From contig CASEOA010000021.1 of the NCBI GenBank assembly GCA_949289455.1, positions 5,282-69,281 of the forward strand: a DNA stretch of 64,000 bases, written 5' to 3'. The notes below the pieces were generated by a model. That model ran no database searches, was not told the origin of the DNA, and saw nothing but the letters and a program-made list of their open reading frames with translations. The translations under genes and the position numbers were made by a program. Every line of letters starts with the position of its first letter. Position 1 is the stretch's first letter. The DNA comes from an uncultured Eubacteriales bacterium. Its GTDB lineage: Bacteria; Bacillota; Clostridia; Oscillospirales; Oscillospiraceae. Shown piece by piece: positions 7,954 through 18,200 of this stretch.

Positions 7954-10374
7954 ATGAAGTACGATTTTGCCGCCATTGAACCCAAGTGGCAGAAGAAATG
8001 GGCGGAGGAAAAGACCTTCCGCTGCGAGAACCACAGCGACAAGCCCAAGTTCTACGCCCTGGTGGAGTTCCCCTACCCCTCCGGTCAGGGCCTCCATGTG
8101 GGCCACACCCGGCCCTATACCGCCATGGACGTGGTGGCCCGCAAGCGCCGGATGGATGGCTACAATGTGCTGTTCCCCATGGGCTATGACGCCTTCGGTC
8201 TGCCCACCGAGAACTACGCCATCAAGAACCACATCCACCCCGCCAAGGTGACCCACGACAACATCGAGAACTTTACCCGGCAGCTCCATATGCTGGGCTA
8301 TTCCTTTGACTGGGACCGGGTCATCAACACCACCGACCCTGCCTACTACAAGTGGACCCAGTGGATCTTCCTCCAGCTGTGGAAGAAGGGCCTGGCCTAC
8401 AAGACCACCATGCCCGTGAACTGGTGTACCTCCTGCAAGTGCGTGCTGGCCAACGAGGAGGTGGTGGAGGGGGTCTGCGAGCGGTGCGGCGCTCCCGTGG
8501 TCCGCAAGGAGAAGAGCCAGTGGATGCTCAAGATCACCGAGTACGCCCAGCGGCTCATCGATGACCTGGACGACCTGGACTTTATCGAGCGGGTGAAAAT
8601 CCAGCAGAAGAACTGGATTGGCCGCTCCACCGGCGCCGAGGTCACCTTTAAGGCCACCACCGGTGAGGATATCGTGGTGTTCACCACCCGGCCGGACACC
8701 CTTTTCGGCGCCACCTATATGGTCCTCTCTCCCGAGCACGCCCTGGTGAAGGGCTGGCTGGAGAGCGGAAAGCTGGCCAACGCTGATGAGGTACGTGCCT
8801 ATCAGGCAGCCGCCGCCTCCAAGTCTGACCTGGAGCGCACCGAGCTCAACAAGGAAAAGACCGGCGTGTGCCTGGACGGCGTACGGGGCGTCAACCCTGT
8901 CAACGGCAAGGAGATCCCCATCTTCATCTCCGACTATGTGCTGGCCACCTACGGCACCGGTGCCATCATGGCCGTGCCCGCCCACGACGACCGGGACTGG
9001 GAGTTCGCCAAAAAGTTCGGCTGCGAGATCATTGAGGTGGTCTCCGGCGGGGAGGACGTGCAGAAGGCCGCCTTTACCGCCAAGGACGAGACCGGCATCC
9101 TGGTCAACTCCGACTTCCTCAACGGCCTCACCGTCAAGGACGCCATCCCCGTCATCACCAAGTGGCTGGAGGAAAAGGGCATCGGTGCGGCCAAGGTGAA
9201 CTACAAGCTGCGGGACTGGGTGTTCTCCCGCCAGCGGTACTGGGGCGAGCCCATCCCCATGGTGTACTGCGAGAAGTGCGGCTGGCAGCCCCTCAGCGAG
9301 GATCAGCTGCCCCTGCTGCTCCCCGACGTGGACTCCTACGAGCCCACCGACGACGGCGAGTCCCCCATCTCCAAGATGACCGACTGGGTGAACACCACCT
9401 GCCCCCACTGCGGCGGCCCTGCCAAGCGGGAGACCGACACCATGCCCCAGTGGGCCGGCTCTTCCTGGTACTTCCTGCGGTATATGGACCCGGACAACGA
9501 CAAGGCCCTGGCCTCCAAGGAGGCCCTGGACTACTGGAGCCCGGTGGACTGGTACAACGGCGGCATGGAGCACACCACCCTCCACCTGCTGTACAGCCGG
9601 TTCTGGCACAAGTTCCTCTATGACATCGGCGTGGTGCCCACCAAGGAGCCCTACCAGAAGCGCACCTCCCACGGTATGATCCTGGGTGAGGGCGGCGAGA
9701 AGATGTCCAAGAGCCGGGGTAACGTGGTCAACCCCAACGACGTGGTGGCCCAGTACGGCGCCGACACCATGCGAACCTATATCATGTTCATCGGAGACTT
9801 TGAGAAGGCTGCCTCCTGGAGCGACAATGCCGTCAAGGGCTGCAAGCGGTTCCTGGACCGGGTGTGGAACCTGTCGGAGAACCTGACCGAGGGCATGGAC
9901 TACACCGCCGCCAACGAGAGCGCCATCCACAAGGCTATCAAAAAGGTGGCCGACGACATCGAGGCCATGAAGTTCAACACCGCCATCGCCGCCCTCATGG
10001 CCCTGGTCAACGACTTCTATGCCAACGGCTGCTCCAAGGGGGAGTATAGAACCCTGCTGCTGCTGCTGTCCCCCTTCGCCCCCCACATGGTGGAGGAGCT
10101 GTGGGAGAATCTGGGCTTTGCCGCCGAGGGCATGGCCTGCCAGCAGAGCTGGCCCGCCTACGACGAGAGCAAGACCATCGCCGCCCAGGTGCAGATGGCC
10201 GTCCAGGTGTGCGGCAAGCTGCGTGCCACCGTCACCGTGCCCATGGACAGCAACGAGGCCACGGTGGTGGCCGCCGCCATGGCCGACCCCAAGGTGCAGA
10301 AGTTCACCGAGGGCAAAAAGCTGGTCAAGACCATTCTGGTGCCCAACAAGCTGGTCAACCTGATCGCCAAATAA
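7954..10374 (+). CDS. leuS: Leucine--tRNA ligase
   Basis: FPYPSG.GLHVGH, TTRPDT/GTG editing domain, [16 protein letters not shown]; the start may instead be GTG 7945; promoter TTGCAT-17-TATAAT at 7868-7896. Confidence 0.98.
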   Translation: MKYDFAAIEPKWQKKWAEEKTFRCENHSDKPKFYALVEFPYPSGQGLHVGHTRPYTAMDVVARKRRMDGYNVLFPMGYDAFGLPTENYAIKNHIHPAKVTHDNIENFTRQLHMLGYSFDWDRVINTTDPAYYKWTQWIFLQLWKKGLAYKTTMPVNWCTSCKCVLANEEVVEGVCERCGAPVVRKEKSQWMLKITEYAQRLIDDLDDLDFIERVKIQQKNWIGRSTGAEVTFKATTGEDIVVFTTRPDTLFGATYMVLSPEHALVKGWLESGKLANADEVRAYQAAAASKSDLERTELNKEKTGVCLDGVRGVNPVNGKEIPIFISDYVLATYGTGAIMAVPAHDDRDWEFAKKFGCEIIEVVSGGEDVQKAAFTAKDETGILVNSDFLNGLTVKDAIPVITKWLEEKGIGAAKVNYKLRDWVFSRQRYWGEPIPMVYCEKCGWQPLSEDQLPLLLPDVDSYEPTDDGESPISKMTDWVNTTCPHCGGPAKRETDTMPQWAGSSWYFLRYMDPDNDKALASKEALDYWSPVDWYNGGMEHTTLHLLYSRFWHKFLYDIGVVPTKEPYQKRTSHGMILGEGGEKMSKSRGNVVNPNDVVAQYGADTMRTYIMFIGDFEKAASWSDNAVKGCKRFLDRVWNLSENLTEGMDYTAANESAIHKAIKKVADDIEAMKFNTAIAALMALVNDFYANGCSKGEYRTLLLLLSPFAPHMVEELWENLGFAAEGMACQQSWPAYDESKTIAAQVQMAVQVCGKLRATVTVPMDSNEATVVAAAMADPKVQKFTEGKKLVKTILVPNKLVNLIAK

Positions 10375-10385
10375 TCTGGCCGAAG

Positions 10386-10425
10386 AAAAACAGGGCTGCT
10401 GCGTGATTTGCAGCAGCCCTGTTTT
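10386..10425 (+). terminator. leuS terminator
   Basis: AAAACAGGGCTGCTGC...GCAGCAGCCCTGTTTT. Confidence 0.8.
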
Positions 10426-10622
10426 GCGGCCCGGAGGGGCGGATAAGGGGGCGGAATATTCCTGGGGACCCCTGTGATGAATGTACAGGCGGGCGGGGAC
10501 AGAGCCCCGCCCCTACAGGTGCAACCACCATCCCGTCTCCCGTCAGACCTTCCCCCCATAGGGGGGAAGGTGGCCCGAAGGGCCGGATGAGGGGGCGGTC
10601 ATGGACAAAACCCCGCCCCATA
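10426..10622 (-). repeat. Mosaic of extragenic palindromic repeats (GTAG-type REP plus CCCTCATCCGGCCCTTCGGGCCACCTTCCCC-type element)
   Basis: Minus strand GTAGGGGCGGGGCTCTGTCCCCGCCC (10491-10516); double-hairpin element 10548-10595; degenerate copies at 10426-10452 and 10593-10622. Confidence 0.7.
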
Positions 10623-10625
10623 ACG

Positions 10626-10672
10626 ACAGACCCGCCGCAGAATGGTTCCATTCTGCGGCGGGTCTGTTTTTT
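10626..10672. terminator. Hairpin terminator downstream of kal
   Basis: ACAGACCCGCCGCAGAATGG..CCATTCTGCGGCGGGTCTGT 20-bp stem. Confidence 0.75.
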
Positions 10673-10685
10673 AACGGAACGTCAA

Positions 10686-11087
10686 TCAGTGCTCCTTGCG
10701 CTGGCACTTCTTGGGGGTGACGCAGGTGCCCTCGGCAATGGCCACCACGATGGGCTCATCCAGGAAGTCGGCGGCGGAATCGCTGATGTCGGGCCGGGGA
10801 ACGGCCACCTTCCGGGCCTCAAACTTCATCTTACGGGAGGTGTTGCCGATATGGGTGATTTCGCCATACGCCTCGATGAAGTCGCCCGCATACACGGGGG
10901 CCTTGAACTCAATGTTGTTGTAGGCACAGAACAGGCCCTCGTCGCCGTCGCACTGGATCAGCAGCTCGGTGGCCACGTCGCCAAAGAGATGTACCATGTG
11001 AGCGCCGTCCACCAGGTTGCCGCCGTAGTGGGCGTCCTTGGCGGACATGCGCAGGCGGATCATCGAGGTGTATTTTTTCTCTTCCAT
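10686..11087 (-). CDS. kal: 3-aminobutyryl-CoA ammonia-lyase (hotdog fold, lysine fermentation)
   Basis: [18 protein letters not shown]....[31 protein letters not shown]; family also includes beta-alanyl-CoA ammonia-lyase. Confidence 0.88.
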   Translation of the reverse strand: MEEKKYTSMIRLRMSAKDAHYGGNLVDGAHMVHLFGDVATELLIQCDGDEGLFCAYNNIEFKAPVYAGDFIEAYGEITHIGNTSRKMKFEARKVAVPRPDISDSAADFLDEPIVVAIAEGTCVTPKKCQRKEH

Positions 11088-11149
11088 GTCGATTCCACTC
11101 CTTCGTCATTTTGTGAGAACAGAACAAAAGGGACAGGGGATGTAATCCC

Positions 11150-11178
11150 ATTGTACGTCCAAATGACGGGCTTGTCAA
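11150..11178 (-). promoter_or_regulatory. Sigma-A promoter for kal
   Basis: Minus strand TTGACA-17-TACAAT. Confidence 0.75.
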
Positions 11179-11200
11179 CAGAAGAAATGTGTGCTATAAT
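11172..11200 (+). promoter_or_regulatory. Sigma-A-like promoter facing antisense into the murC 3' end
   Basis: TTGTCA-17-TATAAT with TGTG extension. Confidence 0.5.
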
Positions 11201-11224
11201 TTATCTCTTTAGCGCAAAAAAGGG

Positions 11225-12595
11225 CTATTTCCCGACCAGAGCCTCGCCGGCGGTGTAGATGTCCCCGGCCCCCACAGTGAGGATCAGGTCTCCGGGCTGG
11301 GCCACCTCCCGCAGCTTGGCGGTGACCTCCTCCAGGGTGGCGCAATAGATGCTGCCGGGGATCTGGCCGGCCAGATCCTTGGAGGAGATGCCGATGTCGT
11401 TGGTCTCCCGGGCAGCAAAAATCTCTGCCAAAATGGTCAGGTCGGGCTGGCGAAGTACCTGGACAAAGTCGTCAAAGAGGGCCTTGGTGCGGGTATAGGT
11501 GTGGGGCTGGAAGGCACAGATCACCCGCTCATAGCCCAGGGTGTGGGCGGCAGACAGCAGGGCCTGAAGCTCACCGGGGTGGTGGGCGTAGTCGTCGTAC
11601 ACCTCGGCGCCGTTGTAGCTGCCCTTGTGCTCAAACCGGCGGCCGGCACCCCGGAAGGCGTTGAGCCCTTCGCTCACCGCCTTGGGGGACACCGCCAGGG
11701 CGATGGAAGCGGCGGCGGCGGCCAGGGCGTTTTTCACGTTGTGCTCCCCGGGCACCCGCAGGCCCACCCGGGTAAAGAACTGGTCCCGGTAGATGATGTC
11801 GAAGGTGGGCAGGCCCCGGTGCCAGGTCAGGTTGGCGGCGTGGACGTCCCCCTCCTCCAGGCCGAAGGTGAGGATGGGCCGGGACTCCCCCTCCAGGGTG
11901 TGCATGGTGTTGGCGTCGTCGGCGTTGGCCACGATGAGGCCGTGCTCGGGCACCAGGTCGGCAAAGGCCCGGAAGGAGTGCTCCACGTCGTCCAGGTCCT
12001 TGAAGAAGTCCAGGTGGTCGGCCTCGATGTTGAGGATCACCGCCACGGTGGGGAAGAAGGACAGGAAGGAGTTGCAGTATTCGCAGCTCTCCAGGATGAT
12101 GGTATCTCCGTGGCCCACCCGGTAGCCCGAGCCCAGCAGGGGGAGGGTGCCGCCGATCATGACGGTGGGGTCCATCTGGGCGGCCATGATGATGTGGGTG
12201 CACATGGAGGTGGTGGTGGTTTTGCCGTGGGTGCCCGAAATGCACAGGGCGTTTTTGTAGCCCCGCATGATGGAGCCCCAGGCCTGGGCTCGCTCAAAGA
12301 CGGGGATGCCCTGGGCTCGGGCGGCGGCGATCTCAGGGTTGGAGTCGTGGACGGCGGCGGTGCGGATCACCAGCTCCGCGCCGGTGATATTTTCCGCCCG
12401 GTGGCCGATGGCCACGGGGATGCCCAGGGAGCGCAGATGCTCCACCGTGGCGCTCTCGTTCATGTCGGAGCCGGTGATGACCATGCCCGCCTTGTGGAGC
12501 ACCTCTGCCAGGGGGGACATGGACACGCCGCCGATGCCCACCAGATGGGCATGATGGCCGGCGGTGATATAGTCATGGATGTTGGTCTGTTCCAT
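11225..12595 (-). CDS. murC: UDP-N-acetylmuramate--L-alanine ligase
   Basis: GIGGVSMS, GTHGKTTTT, DDYAHHP.E, FQPH.YTRT, GAGDI. Confidence 0.97.
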   Translation of the reverse strand: MEQTNIHDYITAGHHAHLVGIGGVSMSPLAEVLHKAGMVITGSDMNESATVEHLRSLGIPVAIGHRAENITGAELVIRTAAVHDSNPEIAAARAQGIPVFERAQAWGSIMRGYKNALCISGTHGKTTTTSMCTHIIMAAQMDPTVMIGGTLPLLGSGYRVGHGDTIILESCEYCNSFLSFFPTVAVILNIEADHLDFFKDLDDVEHSFRAFADLVPEHGLIVANADDANTMHTLEGESRPILTFGLEEGDVHAANLTWHRGLPTFDIIYRDQFFTRVGLRVPGEHNVKNALAAAAASIALAVSPKAVSEGLNAFRGAGRRFEHKGSYNGAEVYDDYAHHPGELQALLSAAHTLGYERVICAFQPHTYTRTKALFDDFVQVLRQPDLTILAEIFAARETNDIGISSKDLAGQIPGSIYCATLEEVTAKLREVAQPGDLILTVGAGDIYTAGEALVGK

Positions 12596-12696
12596 GGGGT
12601 TTACACACCCTTTACTTCAGATTATAATGTTGCCAGACATATTATAAAACATTATAGGCAAATAGCAAGGGGAAGATACCGCGGGAGGTGTAGAAA

Positions 12697-13704
12697 ATGG
12701 TCGTATGGCCCATTCCGGCAGGGGTGTCGGCCTGCCTGGAGCGGCTGCGGCGGGCGGGGTATGCCGCACACCCGGTGGGCGGGTGTGTCCGGGATCTGCT
12801 GCGGGGGGAGCGGCCGGAGGACTACGATGTGTGCACCTCCGCCAGACCGGAGCAGGTGACGGCCCTCTTTGCGCACACCGTCCCCACCGGCATCCGCCAC
12901 GGCACCGTCACCGTCCTGACGGCGGACGGGCCGGTGGAGGTGACCACCTTCCGCCGGGAGGAGGGCTACGCCGACGGCCGCCACCCGGACGGGGTGGCCT
13001 TTGACGTGGGGCTGGAGGAGGACCTGGCCCGGCGGGACTTTACCGTCAACGCCATGGCTCTGGGCCCGGACGGGGAGGTCATCGACCCCTTTGGCGGTCA
13101 GGCCGACCTGGCCGCCGGAGTGATCCGCTGCGTGGGGAATCCGGACGCCCGCTTCCGGGAGGACGCCCTGCGGATGCTGCGGGCGGTGCGGTTTGCCGCC
13201 AAGCTGGGCTGTACCATCCAGCCGGACACCCGGGCGGCCATCCTCCGCAACGCCGGGCGGACAGCTCTGGTGTCGGGGGAGCGGATCAAAGGGGAGCTGG
13301 AGAAAATCCTGGTGTCCCCCGCCCCGGAGTGGGCGGGAGAAGTGGTGCGCTGGGGCCTGCTGGCCCACCTGTGGCCGGTGCGGGACTGCCCCGACCTGAC
13401 CGGGCTGGGGGCCCTGCCCCCCCGGCCCATCCCCCGGTGGCGGGGGTTCTGCCAGGCCACCGGCTTCCCCCTGGGGTGCCTGCCGGTGGAGCGGGCCCTG
13501 AAGCGGGGGGTGTACCACCCGGAGCTGGAGGTGGTGCGCCAACTGGCCCTGACCGGCGGGGAGCTGGCCGCCCTGGGGTGGCAGGGCAGCGAAATCGGCA
13601 GGCTCCAGCGGCGGCTGGCCGCCCATGTGCTGGCCCACCCGGAGGACAACCGGCGGGCGGTGCTGCTGGCGCTGGCGGAACAGGAGAGGAGGGAGGCCCC
13701 ATGA
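12697..13704 (+). CDS. cca: tRNA nucleotidyltransferase (CCA-adding class II, no HD domain)
   Basis: VGGCVRD..DYD, EVTTFR, EDLARRDFTVNAMA, EDALRMLRAVRF, ERI..EL.K. Confidence 0.88.
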   Translation: MVVWPIPAGVSACLERLRRAGYAAHPVGGCVRDLLRGERPEDYDVCTSARPEQVTALFAHTVPTGIRHGTVTVLTADGPVEVTTFRREEGYADGRHPDGVAFDVGLEEDLARRDFTVNAMALGPDGEVIDPFGGQADLAAGVIRCVGNPDARFREDALRMLRAVRFAAKLGCTIQPDTRAAILRNAGRTALVSGERIKGELEKILVSPAPEWAGEVVRWGLLAHLWPVRDCPDLTGLGALPPRPIPRWRGFCQATGFPLGCLPVERALKRGVYHPELEVVRQLALTGGELAALGWQGSEIGRLQRRLAAHVLAHPEDNRRAVLLALAEQERREAP

Positions 13705-15191
13705 GGCGGGGCGGGATTTTAATGCACATCACCTCCCTGCCCTCCCCCTGGGGGGTGGGCACCCTGGGGGCGGAGGCCAGAGACTTTGTGGACTTCCTCC
13801 AGGCGGCGGGCCAGTCCCTGTGGCAGGTGCTCCCCCTGGGGCCCACCGGGTACGGGGACTCCCCCTACTACAGCTTTTCCACTTACGCAGGTAACCCCTA
13901 TCTCATCGACCTGGAGCTGCTGGCGGCGGAGGGGCTGCTGAAGCGGTCGGAATACCAGGGGCTGGACTGGGGGACGGACCCGGCCCAGGTGGACTATGGC
14001 AAGGTGTACCAAAACCGGTTTCCCGTGCTGCGGCGGGCTTGCGGGCGGCTGCTGGCGGCACCGCCGGAGGATTTTGGGGATTTTTGCGGGGAAAACGCCT
14101 TCTGGCTGGAGGACTACGCCCTGTTCATGGCCTGCAAGGAGGCCCGCGGCGGCCAGCCCTGGACGGCGTGGGAGCTCCCGCTGGGGACCCGGGAGGGGGC
14201 GGCCCTGGCCCGGGCGAGGCGTGAGCTGGCGGAGGAGATCCGCTTCTGGAAGGGGGTGCAGTACCTCTTTTTCCGCCAGTGGCGGGCTCTGAAGGAGTAC
14301 GCCAACCGCCGGGGGGTGTATCTGGTGGGGGATCTGCCCATCTACGTCCCCGGGGACAGCGTGGACGTGTGGGCCGGGCGGGAGCAGTTCCAGCTGGACG
14401 AGGCCCTCCGGCCCACCGAGGTGGCGGGCTGTCCCCCCGACGGCTTTTCCGCCCACGGCCAGCTGTGGGGCAACCCCCTGTTTGACTGGAAGCGGATGGC
14501 GGGGGAGGGCTACCGCTGGTGGGTCAACCGGATCGGCTACCAGTTCCGGCTGTACGACGTGCTGCGCCTGGACCACTTCCGGGGGTTTGACAGCTACTAC
14601 GCCATTCCGGCGGGCCAGTGCACCGCCGCCGGAGGCCGGTGGCGGCCCGGGCCGGGGCTCCAGCTCTTCCGGGCGGTAGAGGAGGCCCTGGGGCAGAAAA
14701 CCATCATCGCCGAGGACCTGGGGTTCCTCACCCCCTCGGTGCACCGGCTCCTGGCCCAAACCGGGTTCCCCGGCATGAAAGTGCTCCAGTTCGCCTTTGA
14801 CCGCCGGGACGGGGAGGGGGCGGTCTATCTGCCCCAAAACTATCCGGTCAATTCGGTGGCCTATGTGGGTACCCACGACAACGACACGGTTCAGGGCTGG
14901 CTCACCAGCGGCCCGCCGGAGGACGTGGCCCGGGCCCGGGCATACCTCCGCCTGAACCGGGAGGAGGGGGAGCACTGGGGCATGATGGGGGCCGTCTGGG
15001 CCAGCCCCGCCAAGTGGGCGGTGGTGCAGATGCAGGATGTGCTGGGCCTGGGCAGCGAGAGCCGGATGAACACTCCCTCCACCTGCGGAGGCAACTGGCG
15101 CTGGCGGGCTCTGCCCGGCTTTGCCGCCCCCGCCCTGGCCCAAAGGCTCCGCCGCCAGATGGAGCTTTATGACAGATTGCCCCGGGAATAA
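13701..15191 (+). CDS. malQ: 4-alpha-glucanotransferase (GH77), copy 1
   Basis: WQVLPL, GDLPIY, GQLWGNP, RLDHFRG, IAEDLG, GTHDNDT; ATGA overlap with the cca stop. Confidence 0.95.
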   Translation: MRRGGILMHITSLPSPWGVGTLGAEARDFVDFLQAAGQSLWQVLPLGPTGYGDSPYYSFSTYAGNPYLIDLELLAAEGLLKRSEYQGLDWGTDPAQVDYGKVYQNRFPVLRRACGRLLAAPPEDFGDFCGENAFWLEDYALFMACKEARGGQPWTAWELPLGTREGAALARARRELAEEIRFWKGVQYLFFRQWRALKEYANRRGVYLVGDLPIYVPGDSVDVWAGREQFQLDEALRPTEVAGCPPDGFSAHGQLWGNPLFDWKRMAGEGYRWWVNRIGYQFRLYDVLRLDHFRGFDSYYAIPAGQCTAAGGRWRPGPGLQLFRAVEEALGQKTIIAEDLGFLTPSVHRLLAQTGFPGMKVLQFAFDRRDGEGAVYLPQNYPVNSVAYVGTHDNDTVQGWLTSGPPEDVARARAYLRLNREEGEHWGMMGAVWASPAKWAVVQMQDVLGLGSESRMNTPSTCGGNWRWRALPGFAAPALAQRLRRQMELYDRLPRE

Positions 15192-15192
15192 G

Positions 15193-15220
15193 AAAAAAGT
15201 GCGCGTCAGCGCACTTTTTT
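15193..15220. terminator. Bidirectional terminator
   Basis: AAAAAAGTGCGC-GTCA-GCGCACTTTTTT. Confidence 0.85.
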
Positions 15221-15230
15221 CTTTGGCCTG

Positions 15231-18200
15231 TTACAGCATGGCGTACAGCAGCTTGGCCACCTCGGCCCGGGTGATGGAGTCGTTGGGCCGGATCAGGTTG
15301 TTGTTGCCGGTGACCACGCCCAAAGTCACCAGGGTGCGGGCGTAGGGCAGGGCCCAGGCGGGCACCGAGCCCGCGTCGGCAAAGGTGAGCCGCTCCGCGG
15401 GGTAGCCCTGGGCCAGGGTGCGGCCCAGGATGGTCATGACCTCCGAGCGGGAGATGGTGGCGTCGGCGTTGACCCACAGCTGGCCGTCGCCGGAGGCCCC
15501 CTGGAGGATGCCCAGGCTGTACATGGCCTTTACCTCGTTGAGGGCCCAGGCGGGGATCTCGTCGGCGTCGGCAAAGGGGAGCTCCACGTCGGCGTAGGAC
15601 TCCAGATCCAGGCCCATCCACCGGGCCACCAGGGCGAAGAACTCCGCCCGGGTGATGTTCTTGCCGGGCTGGAACTGGGGGGTGTCCCCGCCGGTGCCCT
15701 GGGAGATCCCCTGGTAGTACAGGAAGGCGGCGTACTGCTCCGCCCAGTTGCCGGCGGTGTCCCCGAAGGGGTTGGCGCTGGCGGCGGCGGCCCGGTCCGC
15801 CGAGCCCCGGCCCAGGTTGCCGCTGGCGTCGGCGGCGGTGACGGTGACCCGGTGGATGCTGTTGTCGGCGGCGGGCAGGGTGGCGGTGAGGGTGCCGGTG
15901 CTCTCGTTCCAGCTGCCGGAGAGAACCTTGCCGTCATAGGTGAGGGTGATGTTGCCCTGGGGGATGGACTGGTCCAGGTTATCGGTGACGGTGGCGGTGA
16001 CCTGATTGCCCGCCACCTTGACCGTCACGGTGGGGGCGGTGGCGTCGGTAATCTTCTGGTTGGCGGTGGTGAGCTGATCCAGCCAGATGGTCCCGGTCTG
16101 CCGGCCGGCCACGCCGCCGTAGCTCACGTCCAGGCTGGACAGGGCGGCGGTATTGGCGGGGAGCTGGACCAGCACCTGCTGCCAGCCGGTGAAGCTCAGG
16201 GTGGCCAGTGAGAATTGGGTGGCCTGGCCCTGGCTGTCCAGGGCGGTGGCCTTCAGAACATTGCCCGAGCCGTCGCCGTATACCCACAGCCCCAGCCAGC
16301 TCTCTCCGGAGGGGATGGTCAGGTCAGCGGACAGGCTGGCGGGGGCGGCGGACACGTCGTAGGACAGCTTCAGGCTCTGGCGGCCGTTGTGGACGTAGTC
16401 CAGGCCGGTCTCCGCCGAGGCCGTGGCTGTGGCGGAGCTGGTGTAGGCGGACAGATCTCCCTCCATGGTGTCCAGGGTCTTGATGTGGCTGGCCACGGTC
16501 ACCGGGATGGTCACCGTCTTGTCACCGGCGGTAACGGTGAGATTGCCGCTGCCGCTGGCCTGCCCGGCGGTGAGCAGGCCGTTGGCGTCCACCGTGCCCA
16601 CCGACGGGTCCAGGGTCCAGGTAAAGCAGCTGTCCTGGGCGGTGAGGGCCAGGGTGCGGTAGGTGGCGGAGGCGGTCAGGTCCACCTGCTGGCCGGGCTC
16701 CAGGCTGAGGGCGGTGACCTGCTTGCCGGTGGACTGGTTTTTCACCGTAAGGGTGGCAGGGGTCTGGACCACCGTCATCCAGGCTGAGCCGGAGGCGGTG
16801 CCGTCCGAGGCGGTGACCAGATAGGTGCCGCTCTCATGACCGGCGGTGTACAGCCCGGTGGCGCTCACTGTGCCGCCCCCCTGGGACACCGACCAGGTGA
16901 CCGGGTTGCCGGTGGTGGGGTAGTAGCCTGTGTCCACTCCGGCGGCGGACAGCTGTACCGAGGCCCCCGCCAGCACCATGTCGTCGGTGGGGGTGACGTA
17001 GTAGCTGCCCACCACGCCGGTGGGTTCCAGGTTGGTGGTGAGGAAGATGGCGGTGCTGTTGGACCGCTGGGAGCCGTCGGAAGGCCGGTTGACGATCTGC
17101 ATTCCCTCCCCGTCGGGGTAGGCGGCCCCAATGGTGGTGGAGCCGCCGCCGTCCATGCTCAGGGCCTCCACGCAGCCCAGCTCGATGAGCCGCTGGGCCA
17201 CCTGACTCAGGGTGCAGCCCACGCTGTAGCCGTTCTGCTTGCCGTCCAGGGTGTACAGGATCACGGTGCCGTCGGCTTTCACCCCCACGGCGGTCCAGGC
17301 GGTGCGCTCGGTGGGCAGGCCGGAGGCCACCTGGCCGTTGGAGACGATGTGGTAGGTGCCGCCGATGGCCTGGTTCACGGTGTTCCACCGCTGGTCGGTG
17401 CTGGTCACCGACAGGGTGACGGTGTCCCCCGGCTGGAGGGCCCGGAGCTGGGCCAGGATCTCCGCCTTGTCCGCCCCGTTCATGGTGAGGATGGCTTTGC
17501 CCTCGGGGATTTCGATGCTGCCGGTGGACTCCAGCACCTGCTCCACGGTGTACTGCACCTGCTTGCCGATGGTGGGCTGAGTGGCATAGGCGCCGGTGCC
17601 GTCGATCACCGGGGAAAGGATCACGTCCACCCCGGCGGAGGTGTTCTGGGTCTTGGTGGCAAAGTCGGAGGTCAGCAGGGTGAGGCCGCCGCTGGTGTCG
17701 GCGGCGGTGAGCTTGCGCACCTTGTTAATGGCCCCGCCCAGGTTGTAGGTCTGGCCGCCGAAGGTGACGGTGGTGGTGAGGGTGGGCTGGCCGATGAAGG
17801 CGGTGCCGTCGGCGTTGAAGCCGATGGCCCAGGCGTTTCTGTAGTAGGGGGTGGCCCGGATCACCCCGTCGGTGACCAGCAGGCCCACGGTGGCCCCGGT
17901 GGACAGGACGTACCAGTCCCCGTTGACCCCGGACACCACGTTTTTCCCCTGGCTCTCCAGGTTGCGGGCCATGGCGCTGAGGGTCATCCGGTCCAGCACC
18001 TTGTTACCGTAGGCCACGGTGGGGGTGACGCCGGTATTGGGGGTGTAGGCGATGTAATACTCATGGCGCAGGTCGCTGTAGGTATCGCTCCAGAAAATAT
18101 TCTCCCCCAGGCTTGTCCCCTGAGACAGGGGGAGCTGCATGGTATGTATATCCCAGCCCAGGGCGTAGGAAGCGGAGACAGCGGTGACGGTGACGGCCAG

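Noticed and set aside
10380-10680. CRISPR array in the repeat-rich intergenic region
   Set aside because: No identical, regularly spaced repeats with unique spacers and no cas genes
13329-13700. 124-aa extension of malQ1 overlapping cca
   Set aside because: Low-complexity alternative frame; GGAGG plus the ATGA overlap supports a start at 13701
12697-13704. CC-adding half-enzyme of a split CCA system
   Set aside because: The flexible loop (EEGYADGRHP) that CC-adding enzymes typically lack is present; A-adding-only activity cannot be judged by eye
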